Positions 10,876 to 19,448 of a stretch of DNA of 64,000 nucleotides are shown here, piece by piece. The notes below the pieces were generated by a model. That model saw only the letters and a list, made by a program, of their open reading frames with translations, did not search any database and was not told the origin of the DNA. The stretch comes from an uncultured delta proteobacterium (GTDB taxonomy: Bacteria > Myxococcota > Myxococcia > Myxococcales > Anaeromyxobacteraceae). The position numbers were made by a program, and so were the translations under genes. Positions within the stretch are counted from its first letter, which is position 1. The number at the start of each line of letters is the position of its first letter. The stretch is from contig CAWHDZ010000030.1 of NCBI GenBank assembly GCA_963828255.1, forward strand, positions 64,001 through 128,000. The letters run 5' to 3'.

Positions 10876-10891
10876 GACCCGGCACGAAAAC

Positions 10892-10919
10892 GGCCACCCC
10901 GGCGGGTGCCGAGGTGGCC
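10892..10919 (-). terminator. Intrinsic terminator after small-protein gene 2
   Basis: GGCCACC..GGC/GCC..GGTGGCC stem preceded by AAAA (U-tract on the minus strand). Confidence 0.6.
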
Positions 10920-10954
10920 TCATCGCCCCCCGTGGGGCTACCCACCGGAGATCG

Positions 10955-11146
10955 CTAGCCGTTCGTGGAGACGGTCGCGGAAACCGCCGCCATCGGCAGC
11001 GAGCCGGAGGAGTGCTTCGGAGTCGAGGAGATCTGGGCGACGAAGGCGCCGAGGACGATGGCGAGGGAGGCGACCACGAAGAGGTCGTTCCAGCCGTGGG
11101 ACTTCGAGACGTTGAAGCGAATCGAGTTCTGGTTCCGGGTCGTCAT
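10955..11146 (-). CDS. 63-aa single-TM small protein, paralog 2
   Basis: MTTRNQNSIRF...GWNDLFVVASLAIVLGAFVAQIS; shares the leader GACGCGGAACGGAGAxCGCC-ATG with paralog 1. Confidence 0.75.
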   Translation of the reverse strand: MTTRNQNSIRFNVSKSHGWNDLFVVASLAIVLGAFVAQISSTPKHSSGSLPMAAVSATVSTNG

Positions 11147-11192
11147 GGCGTTCTCCGTTCCGCGTCGGGGGTTCGAAAGCCTCTTGTGTGAA

Positions 11193-11219
11193 TGGAGGCA
11201 GTGGCCAGGGAAGTGTGAC
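11193..11219 (-). promoter_or_regulatory. Bipartite promoter-like motif GTCACA-N14-GCCTCCA (copy 2)
   Basis: See copy 1. Confidence 0.6.
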
Positions 11220-11259
11220 CGGAATCGGGAAAGCATAGTCGTTACAGGCGTTTATAGGC

Positions 11260-11791
11260 TTCCCCGCGCCCCGCTCCGCCATCGACTCGGAGGCGTGGGG
11301 TACTCCACGGGTGAAGAGGTCCATGTGCGCGTCGCCGTAGACCTGGCGGGCGGCCTCCCTGTTGTGGACGTCGCAGAGGACCCTGCAGTTCTCCACCGTG
11401 GAGGGCCCACCCTTCCCGCGAGGGACCACGTGGTCGATCTCCGTCCGCACCTCCGATCCGCAGACCCCACCCGAATCGATCTTCCACTGGCACTTGCCCT
11501 CGTCCCGTTTGCGCACCTCCCGCTTCACCTTGGGTGGAACGCTGGCCCGCCGCTTCTCCTGCTGGGCGAGCAGGAGGTCCAGCGCCGCCTCCAGCACCTG
11601 CTCGTCCTCCGCGCCGGGCTGCACGCGCGACTGCCCGGCCCTGGCCTTCCGGAGCTTCCCGACGAACACCCTCGACACCGTGAGGTGGAGCCGGCTCATC
11701 GTGGAGGTGAGCGGCTCGACCACGGTCCTCGCCGGTTCCCGCGCGGGTATTGGCGCAGGCGCCGGCGCAGTCGCCGAAAGTTCACCCGGAT
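11260..11791 (-). pseudogene. C-terminal fragment of an HNH endonuclease gene interrupted by IS4
   Basis: RDEGKCQW..CGS...EIDHVVPRGKGG...NCRVLCDVHN HNH motif; 3' end approximate. Confidence 0.8.
11542..11791. repeat. Left arm of a ~240-250 bp imperfect inverted repeat flanking the IS (partner 13274..13509)
   Basis: Both arms encode near-identical ...REPARTVVEPLTSTMSRLHLTVSRVFVGKLRKARAGQS.VQPGAEDEQVLEAALDLLLAQQEKRRA on opposite strands. Confidence 0.9.
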
Positions 11792-13273
11792 CTCATCATT
11801 GATCACATCTCTCGCGCGCCTGCCAGCCGAGCTGAATCAGGAGAAGCGCGTCGTAGCCACGTCCGAGTACGAGCCACCCAGGGGGGCCGTTGTTCTTGAT
11901 GTGGCCGCCAAGGGCGGCGACGGCGAGGAGCACGTCTTTCGCCGTCGCCTTGCGCGGGACCTGGAGTCGCGGCAATCCGTCTGGGTGCGCTTCGGAAAGC
12001 GCTTGGAGCAATCGGACCTGCTGCGGGCTGACGGCGTGAGTCGCAGGCGCATCCGGCGCCAGGTTCGCGACGGTGCGCAGAACGAGCAGTCGCCAGGCAA
12101 TCACGGAGAACATCGCGAGCGCGTTTACGAGCGTCCGCAGCGATTCCAGTTGGCGCTTCTCCAGGGAGCACCCGGTCTTCAGCGCCTTGAAGAACTCTTC
12201 GATGCGCCACCGCGCCCTGTAGGCGTCAACGACTGCCTCGACCTGTTCCGGCGTGCCGATTGGTTCCGTCGTGAGAAGACGCCAGCAGACAGGCTCCTGC
12301 CCGGTGGGTGGATCGGGCTCGACGACCGTGACGACGTTTACGCTGAGCGACTCCGGATACCCGGTCTTGAACCGGGGTCGGGTCGGACGTGGAAGCGTGA
12401 ATGTGGCCGCCCGCAGTTCGAGGCGCGCCGTCCTCTCGCACCTGGGCGGAAACTGCATCCTTGCGGCGCCCGACTTGTGCCGAGGTCGACGGGATATCGG
12501 GACGCATCGAACGGCGTGGACGGGCGCACGTTCGGCCGCCGCAAATAGCTTCTCTGGAGGCTCCGCCAGATTCTTGTCGCGGCCGAGTCGCACGACGAAC
12601 CGGGTGTTCGCGGCGATCAGCCGAGCAAACAGCGTGAATGAATCCGCCTCGCGATCCATGACGTGGATCGCGCAAGGAAACGCAGCGGCGGTCACTCGCA
12701 CCAGGTCCACCCACTTCCTCGACTCACTCAAGTCAGGATTCACATCGCGTTCTCGCGCTGAGATTGTCGAGCGCTTCTCCCAGCTGCGGACGAACGTCTT
12801 GATGCCAGCGACACCGAGGGGCGTCCGCGACTCGTCGCCCGAAATAGCCAGGGCAAAGTGACCAAAGAAACCCTGCTGCGTGTACGAGGTGCCGACGCGC
12901 CCCAACCCCCGGCGACTCGCCTTGCCCGTGAATGCGAACTGGGTCGTGTCGTGCGCGATGACGACAGCGGAACCCTGAGCGCGCTTCAGCGTCTCGGCCA
13001 CGTGCGGCGCAAGGATTCGGGCCGGAGTCACGCGCTCGTTGCGCAGAAACCGATACACGCCCTCGAGTTCGGCATCCGACTTGACCATCGCCGGGAACCC
13101 AGCGCCCGGCGCACGCGCCGCAAAATCGGCGATCCGGGTCAGCCGTCGTGTGAGCCGCTCGTCACCGAACTCCGCGTCGGAGAACTCTGCCGAGGCTTCG
13201 GGAACTCGCGGTCGCGTCATCCAACCCTTTGATCACAGGCGGATCGCTGCCGCAAGATGTGTAGGATCCTGAG
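11792..13273 (-). mobile_element. IS4-family (IS50/Tn5-like) insertion sequence, ~1.48 kb
   Basis: 19-bp ends CTCATCATTGATCACATCT (11792-11810) and CTCAGGATCCTACACATCT (reverse complement of 13255-13273) resemble IS50 ends; lower GC than the flanks. Confidence 0.85.
11796..13220 (-). CDS. IS4-family DDE transposase
   Basis: FGDERLTRR, HDTT, DREAD, WRLLT, YxxRWxIEEFFKALKTG (YREK) and PPGW motifs. Confidence 0.95.
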   Translation of the reverse strand: MTRPRVPEASAEFSDAEFGDERLTRRLTRIADFAARAPGAGFPAMVKSDAELEGVYRFLRNERVTPARILAPHVAETLKRAQGSAVVIAHDTTQFAFTGKASRRGLGRVGTSYTQQGFFGHFALAISGDESRTPLGVAGIKTFVRSWEKRSTISARERDVNPDLSESRKWVDLVRVTAAAFPCAIHVMDREADSFTLFARLIAANTRFVVRLGRDKNLAEPPEKLFAAAERAPVHAVRCVPISRRPRHKSGAARMQFPPRCERTARLELRAATFTLPRPTRPRFKTGYPESLSVNVVTVVEPDPPTGQEPVCWRLLTTEPIGTPEQVEAVVDAYRARWRIEEFFKALKTGCSLEKRQLESLRTLVNALAMFSVIAWRLLVLRTVANLAPDAPATHAVSPQQVRLLQALSEAHPDGLPRLQVPRKATAKDVLLAVAALGGHIKNNGPPGWLVLGRGYDALLLIQLGWQARERCDQ

Positions 13274-13509
13274 ATCCGGGTGAACTTTTGGCGGCTCCCC
13301 CGGAACCCGCGCGGGAACCGGCGAGGACCGTCGTCGAGCCGCTCACCTCCACGATGAGCCGGCTCCACCTCACCGTGTCGAGGGTGTTCGTCGGGAAGCT
13401 CAGGAAGGCCAGGGCCGGCCAGTCGCACGTGCAGCCCGGCGCGGAGGACGAGCAGGTGCTGGAGGCGGCGCTGGATCTCTTGCTCGCCCAGCAAGAGAAG
13501 CGCCGGGCC
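13274..13509 (+). repeat. Right arm of the inverted repeat: inverted internal HNH-gene segment
   Basis: Peptide of ORF 13288..13524 matches the start of ORF 10938..11723. Confidence 0.9.
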
Positions 13510-13724
13510 GCCACCTTCCGGTAGTGGGCCGCACCGCGGGAGATGTGAAGCTCCCGGAGCAAGTAGTCGAAGAGGTTGGCGAAGCCGAGCCTCCGGTATG
13601 CCCCCATCCGGTCGAACGCGGAGAGGGCGACGAGGAAGTCTGCGAGGGCGACGTGCTCGCGGCGGAGAAGGTCGGCGAGACGGCGGGAGGATTCGCGGGC
13701 CTGTACGAGGTTCGTGTCGTTCAT
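13500..13724 (-). pseudogene. N-terminal fragment of the HNH (DUF222-like) endonuclease gene
   Basis: MNDTNL...LADLLRREHVALADFLVAL..FD...YRRLGFANLFDYL..ELH.SRGAAHYRKVAAR, then runs into the inverted segment. Confidence 0.7.
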
Positions 13725-13910
13725 GAATCCACCATCTCACAAGAAATTTCGGCCTCGCCAAACGAGCGAGGATGCCCAGGCGAGCGAGATCCCGCGCGGA
13801 GATCTTCGAACCCCGCCGGGAGCGCCGCGCGTCGCCGGAAGGCGCAAAGCGGCCGCCACAGGCTCCTTCCCTGCGCGACGAGTTCGCCGAGGCGCGAATC
13901 ACTCCGGAGG

Positions 13911-13928
13911 CTGTCAAGCAACTGACAG
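13911..13928. promoter_or_regulatory. Perfect palindrome CTGTCA-N6-TGACAG (CRP/FNR-family-like operator)
   Basis: Seen directly in the divergent intergenic region between the HNH and gtrB-like genes. Confidence 0.45.
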
Positions 13929-14044
13929 TGAACGCCCCATCTGCCCGATGGTCCGCGCCGCGGACGTTGCCGCGACAGGGCCGACCCCCCCCACCCCCCG
14001 AAGTGCGCCGGATCCGGATCCTGTGCGACAATCGGGCCCCCCGA

Positions 14045-14767
14045 ATGGACCCCATCCCCGTCCAGGAACGCCCCAAGTCCCGCCCCCGGATCTCGGCGGT
14101 CGTTCCCATGTTCAACGAGGGGAGGAACGCCACCACCCTCCTGCGCACGCTGCACGACCAGCTCGCCGCGCTCGCCGACGCCTTCGAGATCGTGGTGGTG
14201 AACGACGGCAGCAAGGACGACACCCGCGAGCGGGTGCTCGAGATCTCCCGGGACTGCGCCGTCCACTACGTCGAGCTCTCCCGCAACTTCGGCAAGGAGA
14301 ACGCGCTGCGGCGCCTCCCCGAGCGGGCCCGCTTCATGAAGGGGCTCTACGCCTGGGTTGGCTTCCGCTCCGTCCCCATCGAATACGAACCGGGCCCTCG
14401 CGCGGGCGGGCGCAGCGCCTTCGGCTTCGGCAACCTCCTGCGTCTGGCGGGGGCCGGCCTCACCTCCTTCTCGACCCTGCCGCTCCGCGCCGTCTCGGTG
14501 GTGGGGGCGCTCGTCTCCGTGGTGGCCCTCGGCTACGGCGCCTGGGTCGTCGTGGAGGAGATGGTCTACGGCGCCCGGGTCCCGGGCTATCCGACCATCG
14601 TGGTCTCCATCATGTTCTTCTCCGGTGTCCGGCTCCTCTCCCTCGGGATCATCGGGGAGTACCTGGGGCGGGTCTTCGAGGAGGCCAAGCGCCGCCCCAA
14701 CTTCCTCGTCGCCGAGGAGGTGGACCACGGCCGGCTGCCGCCGGGCGAGGGGCGAAGCGCCGGATGA
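14045..14767 (+). pseudogene. GtrB-like GT2 glycosyltransferase with an in-frame internal deletion
   Basis: VVPMFNE, VNDGSKD and SRNFGKENAL are fused directly to RRLPERARFMKGLYAWVGF; the DADLQ (DxD) region is absent; two C-terminal TM helices retained. Confidence 0.8.
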
Positions 14768-15561
14768 GCCCGTCCCCCGGACCGGCGCGGCGCGGGGTGG
14801 TCCTCTGCGCCGACGACTTCGGCATGGAACTCTCGGTGAACGAGGGGATCCTCCGCCTCGTCGCCGCCGGCCGGCTCACCGCGGTGACCTGCATGGTGGA
14901 CATGCCTGCCTGGGCCGAGGGAGCCCGCGCGCTCCCCGCGCTGCGCGGCCGTGCCGACGCCGGGCTCCACCTCGACCTGGGCACCCGCTCGGCGGCCGGG
15001 CTCCTGGCGCTGGCCGCACGCGGCGCGCTCGGCCTGGTGGACGAGGCCAGGGTGGCCGATCGGGTGGCCGCCCAGCTCGACCGGTTCGAGGCGTCCACGG
15101 GCGCACCTCCCGCCTTCGTGGACGGCCACCACCACGTCCACCAGCTGCGCCCGGTCCGGAACGCGCTCCTGCGCGTGCTCCGCGACCGGTACGGCGACCA
15201 TCCCCCCTACGTCCGGAGCGTGGTGCCGCTCCGTCCGCGCGGGACCAAGGCCGCCATCGTCGCCGGGCTGGGGGCGCGCCCGCTGCTCCGGAGGCTCGAG
15301 GAAGGGGGCTTCCCCCACAACCCGGACTTCGCCGGCGTCTACGACCTCTCGGCCCGCTCCGACTTTCCCGGCCTGCTGCGCGGCTGGCTCGGAGACCTGG
15401 CGGACGGCGGACTCGTCATGTGCCACCCCGGGCTCCCCGGCGAGGGCCCGGTGGCTGCCGCCCGCGGCGCCGAGATGCGCCACCTCGAGTCGGAGCGATT
15501 CGCCGACGACTGCGCGGCCGCCGGCGTCCAGCTCGTCCGGCCCACCGGGTCGGCCCCGTGA
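14764..15561 (+). CDS. ChbG/YdjC/HpnK-family deacetylase
   Basis: CADDFG, GLHLDL, VDGHHHVH, MCHPG motifs; ATGA overlap with the gtrB-like gene. Confidence 0.9.
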   Translation: MSPSPGPARRGVVLCADDFGMELSVNEGILRLVAAGRLTAVTCMVDMPAWAEGARALPALRGRADAGLHLDLGTRSAAGLLALAARGALGLVDEARVADRVAAQLDRFEASTGAPPAFVDGHHHVHQLRPVRNALLRVLRDRYGDHPPYVRSVVPLRPRGTKAAIVAGLGARPLLRRLEEGGFPHNPDFAGVYDLSARSDFPGLLRGWLGDLADGGLVMCHPGLPGEGPVAAARGAEMRHLESERFADDCAAAGVQLVRPTGSAP

Positions 15562-15823
15562 CCCGGCCGCGCCCCCGCCTCGCCGACTCTGGTACTTCTC
15601 GCAGCCGCGGACGCCGGCTCACCGGGCGCTGCTCTGGTTCGCCTTCCTCTTCGTCTCGGTGACCTACTCCGACCTCGTGCCGCGCGGCTTCCGGGACCGG
15701 TACATCAACCCGTACGCGCTGAAGGCGCCGCCGGTCGTGGTGATCGGGTGCGTCGCCGTGGCCGAGCTGACGCTCCGTCGGGGGCGTGCCGGGGATCCAC
15801 CGGGCCAATCCGCGGTACGGTGA
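15558..15823 (+). pseudogene. C-terminal remnant of a membrane glycosyltransferase (GT87-like)
   Basis: LWYFSQPRT..HRALLWFAFLFVSVTYSDLVP...YINPYALKA hydrophobic tail has no in-frame start; the overlapping GTG at 15558 is in another frame. Confidence 0.45.
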
Positions 15824-15827
15824 GGTC

Positions 15828-16934
15828 GTGCAGCCCCCGGTCTTTCGCGTGCAGGACGGTTCGGTCCGGATCTACCGGATCCTCGACGTCGCCGACGGGA
15901 TCGACCTGGCCCGGGCCGAGGCGCTGGCCTCGGCGCCCAAGTCCCGCGCACGGCTGGCCAGTCCCCGCAGCGCCATCGAGATCGCCCAGCCACCGCTGCG
16001 GCTCGGCCTCTCCGCGCGCGAGGTGCGCGTCGCCGGGCAGTCCAGGCGTGCGGAGGTGCAGGTCAGCCTCTTCGACTACGGCGTCGCCAGCTTCCTCTTC
16101 GAGATCCCCATCGTCCCCGGCACCACGCTCGAGGAGCTCCTGCCGCTCGCCGAGGCGCTCCTGGAGCGCCCCGCGCCGGAGCTGGACGAGGTGGCACGGG
16201 CGCTCGCCGCCGAGATGACCGTCGCGCTGGCGCCCGCGCTGCTCCGCCCCCACATGTGGGAAGGCATCGAGACCTACGCGGTCTTCTTCGTGCGCGCCTT
16301 CGACCGGAGCGTCACTGGCGACGAGCTGCTCGAGCACGCCCCGCTGGCCCGGCTGCTCCTCGGCGAGACCGACCCGGTGCCGCTCTCGGCCGGGGAGCGG
16401 TCCGACGTGCTCAAGAACCGCTTCTCCTACCTCGAGACCGATCTCGCCGTGGTGGACTGGAACAGCGCCTTCGTCCACGAGCCCAGCGGATCCACCGACG
16501 TCCCCGACCTGCTCGAGCTCGCCACCGCACAGCTCCTCGAGCTGCGCTACTACGACGCCTACCTCGACCGCGAGCTGGCCGGCATCCGCGGCGAGGTGGA
16601 GCGCGCCGGCGCCGGCGGGATGTTCACCCGCCGTTACAGCCGCCTGATGCGCCGGACCGCCGCGCTGCTGGTGGACATGTCGGAGATGGTGGACCGGGTG
16701 GAGAACGCGGTGAAGATCGTGGGCGACTTCTACCTGGCGCGGCTCTACCAGGCCGCGCTGGGGCGCTTCCGCCTTCCCGCCTGGCAGGAGTCGGTCCTGC
16801 GCAAGCACCGGATGCTGTCGGAGGTGAACCGGATCCTCTCCGACGGCGCCGACACCCGCCGCGCCGAGCTGCTCGAGAGCACCATCATCGTCCTCATCGC
16901 CTGGGAGATCCTGTGGGCGTTCTGGAGGCCCTGA
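15828..16934 (+). CDS. Conserved hypothetical protein with C-terminal TM (possibly RMD1/DUF155-like)
   Basis: Strong host codon bias; ELRYYD and GDFYLARLY segments; C-terminal LLESTIIVLIAWEI helix. Confidence 0.6.
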   Translation: MQPPVFRVQDGSVRIYRILDVADGIDLARAEALASAPKSRARLASPRSAIEIAQPPLRLGLSAREVRVAGQSRRAEVQVSLFDYGVASFLFEIPIVPGTTLEELLPLAEALLERPAPELDEVARALAAEMTVALAPALLRPHMWEGIETYAVFFVRAFDRSVTGDELLEHAPLARLLLGETDPVPLSAGERSDVLKNRFSYLETDLAVVDWNSAFVHEPSGSTDVPDLLELATAQLLELRYYDAYLDRELAGIRGEVERAGAGGMFTRRYSRLMRRTAALLVDMSEMVDRVENAVKIVGDFYLARLYQAALGRFRLPAWQESVLRKHRMLSEVNRILSDGADTRRAELLESTIIVLIAWEILWAFWRP

Positions 16935-17140
16935 CGGCCTCCTGACCCCCTGAAAGGGCCGTTCCTGAGGCTTTTTTGATCTTCTCGCAGGGTGTATCGA
17001 CGGATCAGCCCCATTTTAACGGCAAATCGCGCAGTCGGTAGTTGACTCGGGGATCCGAAAGCGATATCCGGAACCCACGTTTCGCCGGCCCGGCGCGGTT
17101 TTGCGGCGGTTTCCCGGCGGTGCCCCAAGGAGGGTCCCAC

Positions 17141-17431
17141 ATGAGCATGACGCAGGCTCAGTTCTTCACCGCCGTCGCCGAGAAGGCCGGTATCTCGAAG
17201 GCCCAGGCCAAGGCAGTGTTCACCGCTGTCGAGGAAGTCGTCATGAAGAGCCTCAAGTCCGCCGGCAAGATTCCGCTGGGTGGGCTCGGGGCCGTCAAGC
17301 TCCAGGCGCGCAAGGCGCGCATGGGCCGCAACCCGGCGACGGGCGAGGCCATCAAGATCGCCGCCAAGACGGTCGTCAAGATCGCCCCGGCGAAGGGTCT
17401 GAAGGACGCCTTCAACAAGAAGAGCAAGTAG
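17141..17431 (+). CDS. hup: HU-family DNA-binding protein
   Basis: RKARMGRNPATGEAIKIAAK; AAGGAGG RBS. Confidence 0.92.
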   Translation: MSMTQAQFFTAVAEKAGISKAQAKAVFTAVEEVVMKSLKSAGKIPLGGLGAVKLQARKARMGRNPATGEAIKIAAKTVVKIAPAKGLKDAFNKKSK

Positions 17432-17450
17432 CCGTCGCCGACGCAGGATC

Positions 17451-17485
17451 CGAGGGCCTGCCGGATGCGATCCGGCGGGCCCTCG
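17451..17485 (+). terminator. 16-bp stem hairpin after the HU gene
   Basis: CGAGGGCCTGCCGGAT-gcg-ATCCGGCGGGCCCTCG. Confidence 0.6.
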
Positions 17486-17521
17486 CGCATTTCCGGGCCT
17501 CTCTCGCCGCCCGGATCTTCC

Positions 17522-17550
17522 TTGACAACCCCGGACCCGATCCGTAGCCT
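17522..17550 (+). promoter_or_regulatory. Sigma-70-type promoter of nuoEFJK
   Basis: TTGACA-N17-TAGCCT, 33 nt before the nuoE ATG. Confidence 0.65.
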
Positions 17551-17583
17551 GCGAAGACTTTTTTCGAGGCATCTCCGACCTTT

Positions 17584-18117
17584 ATGGCCCATCACGACGA
17601 GTCGTCCGCGGAGAGCGGACCGCAGGCCATCGCCGACCTGCCCAGGGACAAGGTTGCCCGGTTCGACGCCGCGCTGCCCGAGATCCTGAAGCGCTATCCT
17701 CCCGACCACCAGGAAGCGGCGATGCTCGCAGCCCTGCGCCGCGCGCAGGAGATCTTCGGCTGGCTCTCCCCGGGGGCCCAGAAGCTCGTGGCCGACCGCC
17801 TGGGGGCTGCGGTCACCCGCGCGGAGGAGGTCGCCACCTTCTACGTGATGTACCACACGCGTCCGGTGGGCCGGCACGTGGTGGAGGTCTGCACCAACGT
17901 CTCCTGCTCGCTGGGCGGCGGCTACGACCTCTTCGAGGATCTGAAGAAGAAGCTCGGCGTCGACAACGGCGAGACCACCAAGGACGGGCGGATCACGCTG
18001 CGCCAGGTCGAGTGCCTGGGCTCCTGCGGCACCGCGCCGGTCATCCTGGTCGACGAGGAGATGCACGAGAGCCTCACCCCGCAGTCGGTCGAGCGGATCC
18101 TGGGAGCCCTCCAGTGA
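17584..18117 (+). CDS. nuoE: NADH-quinone oxidoreductase subunit E
   Basis: VATFY, CTNVSC, ECLGSCGTAP 2Fe-2S ligands. Confidence 0.93.
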   Translation: MAHHDESSAESGPQAIADLPRDKVARFDAALPEILKRYPPDHQEAAMLAALRRAQEIFGWLSPGAQKLVADRLGAAVTRAEEVATFYVMYHTRPVGRHVVEVCTNVSCSLGGGYDLFEDLKKKLGVDNGETTKDGRITLRQVECLGSCGTAPVILVDEEMHESLTPQSVERILGALQ

Positions 18118-19445
18118 GCGACACCCTGATCCTCACGAAGCGCTGGCCCAAGAACGATCCGTCCCTGGCCGGCTACAGGGCCGACGGCGGCTACCGGAGC
18201 CTGGAGAAGGCGCTCGGGATGCCGCCCGCCGCCATCGTCGACGAGGTGAAGGCCTCCAACCTGCGCGGCCGAGGCGGCGCCGGATTCTCCACCGGCCTCA
18301 AGTGGACCTTCCTGCCCAAGGACGTCCGCCCCCGCTACCTCTGCATCAACGCCGACGAGTCGGAGCCCGGGACCTTCAAGGACCGGTACATCTGCGAGTA
18401 CGACCCGCACATGCTCCTCGAGGGCATCGCCATCACCTGCTTCGCCCTCGACATCCACCTGGCCTACATCTACATCCGCGGCGAGTTCGCCAAGCAGGCC
18501 CGCGCCCTCGAGACGTCCATCGAGGAGGCCTACGCGGCCGGGCTCCTCGGCCCGAAGCTGGGCGGGAAGGCCGACTTCAAGCTCGACGTCCACGTGGTCC
18601 GCGGGGCCGGCGCCTACATCTGCGGCGAGGAGTCGGCCCTCATGGAATCCGTGGAGGGCAAGAAGGGCTATCCGCGCTTCAAGCCCCCCTTCCCGGCCAT
18701 CGTCGGCCTGTGGGGGAAGCCCACCATCATCAACAACGTCGAGACGCTGGCCAACATCCCCTGGATCCTCGAGAACGGCGGGGCGGCCTTCGCCGCGCTG
18801 GGGACGGGCAAGACCGGCGGAACGCGCCTCTTCGGCGTCTCCGGCAACGTGAAGCGCCCGGGGGTCTACGAGAAGCCCGCCGGCTACAATCTCAAGAAGC
18901 TCATCATGGAGGACTGCGGCGGGACCGTGAGCGGCCGCCCCGTGAAGGCCGTCATCCCGGGCGGCTCCTCCTCGCCGGTGCTGAGCGGCGACGAGATCGA
19001 CGTCTCCCTCGAGCCCGACGCGATCAAGGTGGCCGGCACCATGTCCGGCTCGGGCGGCGTCATCGTCATGGACGACTCGGTCTGCATGGTCCGCGCCCTG
19101 GCGCGCATCGCCATGTTCTACGCCGAGGAGAGCTGCGGCCAGTGCACCCCCTGCCGCCAGGGCACCCCCTGGATGTGGAAGATCCTCGAGAAGATCGAGC
19201 GGGGCGAGGGCACCATGAAGGACCTGGCCCTCATCGAGCAGCTGCCTGGAAACATCATGGGGCAGACCATCTGCGCGCTCGGCGACGCCGCCGCCATGCC
19301 GGTGCAGAGCTTCGTGAAGAAGTTCCGGAACGAGTTCGTGGAGCACATCGAGGGGCGAGGCTGCAAGCACGGCGAGACCGCCTGGGGCGTCTCTCGCAGT
19401 TCCCGCGAGGCGCTGGTGGGCGGCAACCGTCAGCCGGTGAGGTAA
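18114..19445 (+). CDS. nuoF: NADH-quinone oxidoreductase subunit F
   Basis: LRGRGGAGF, NADESEPGTFKDR, GAGAYICGEE, ESCGQCTPCR, TICALGD. Confidence 0.96.
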   Translation: MSDTLILTKRWPKNDPSLAGYRADGGYRSLEKALGMPPAAIVDEVKASNLRGRGGAGFSTGLKWTFLPKDVRPRYLCINADESEPGTFKDRYICEYDPHMLLEGIAITCFALDIHLAYIYIRGEFAKQARALETSIEEAYAAGLLGPKLGGKADFKLDVHVVRGAGAYICGEESALMESVEGKKGYPRFKPPFPAIVGLWGKPTIINNVETLANIPWILENGGAAFAALGTGKTGGTRLFGVSGNVKRPGVYEKPAGYNLKKLIMEDCGGTVSGRPVKAVIPGGSSSPVLSGDEIDVSLEPDAIKVAGTMSGSGGVIVMDDSVCMVRALARIAMFYAEESCGQCTPCRQGTPWMWKILEKIERGEGTMKDLALIEQLPGNIMGQTICALGDAAAMPVQSFVKKFRNEFVEHIEGRGCKHGETAWGVSRSSREALVGGNRQPVR

Positions 19446-19448
19446 GCG

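Noticed and set aside
10938..11260. C-terminal extension of the HNH ORF running over small-protein gene 2
   Set aside because: Overlaps a better-supported gene and its promoter in another frame; likely read-through of a decayed gene
13835..13860. GGCGCAAAGC as part of a c-di-GMP-I riboswitch
   Set aside because: The upstream GGCAAACC/GAAA P2 element and pairing are not present
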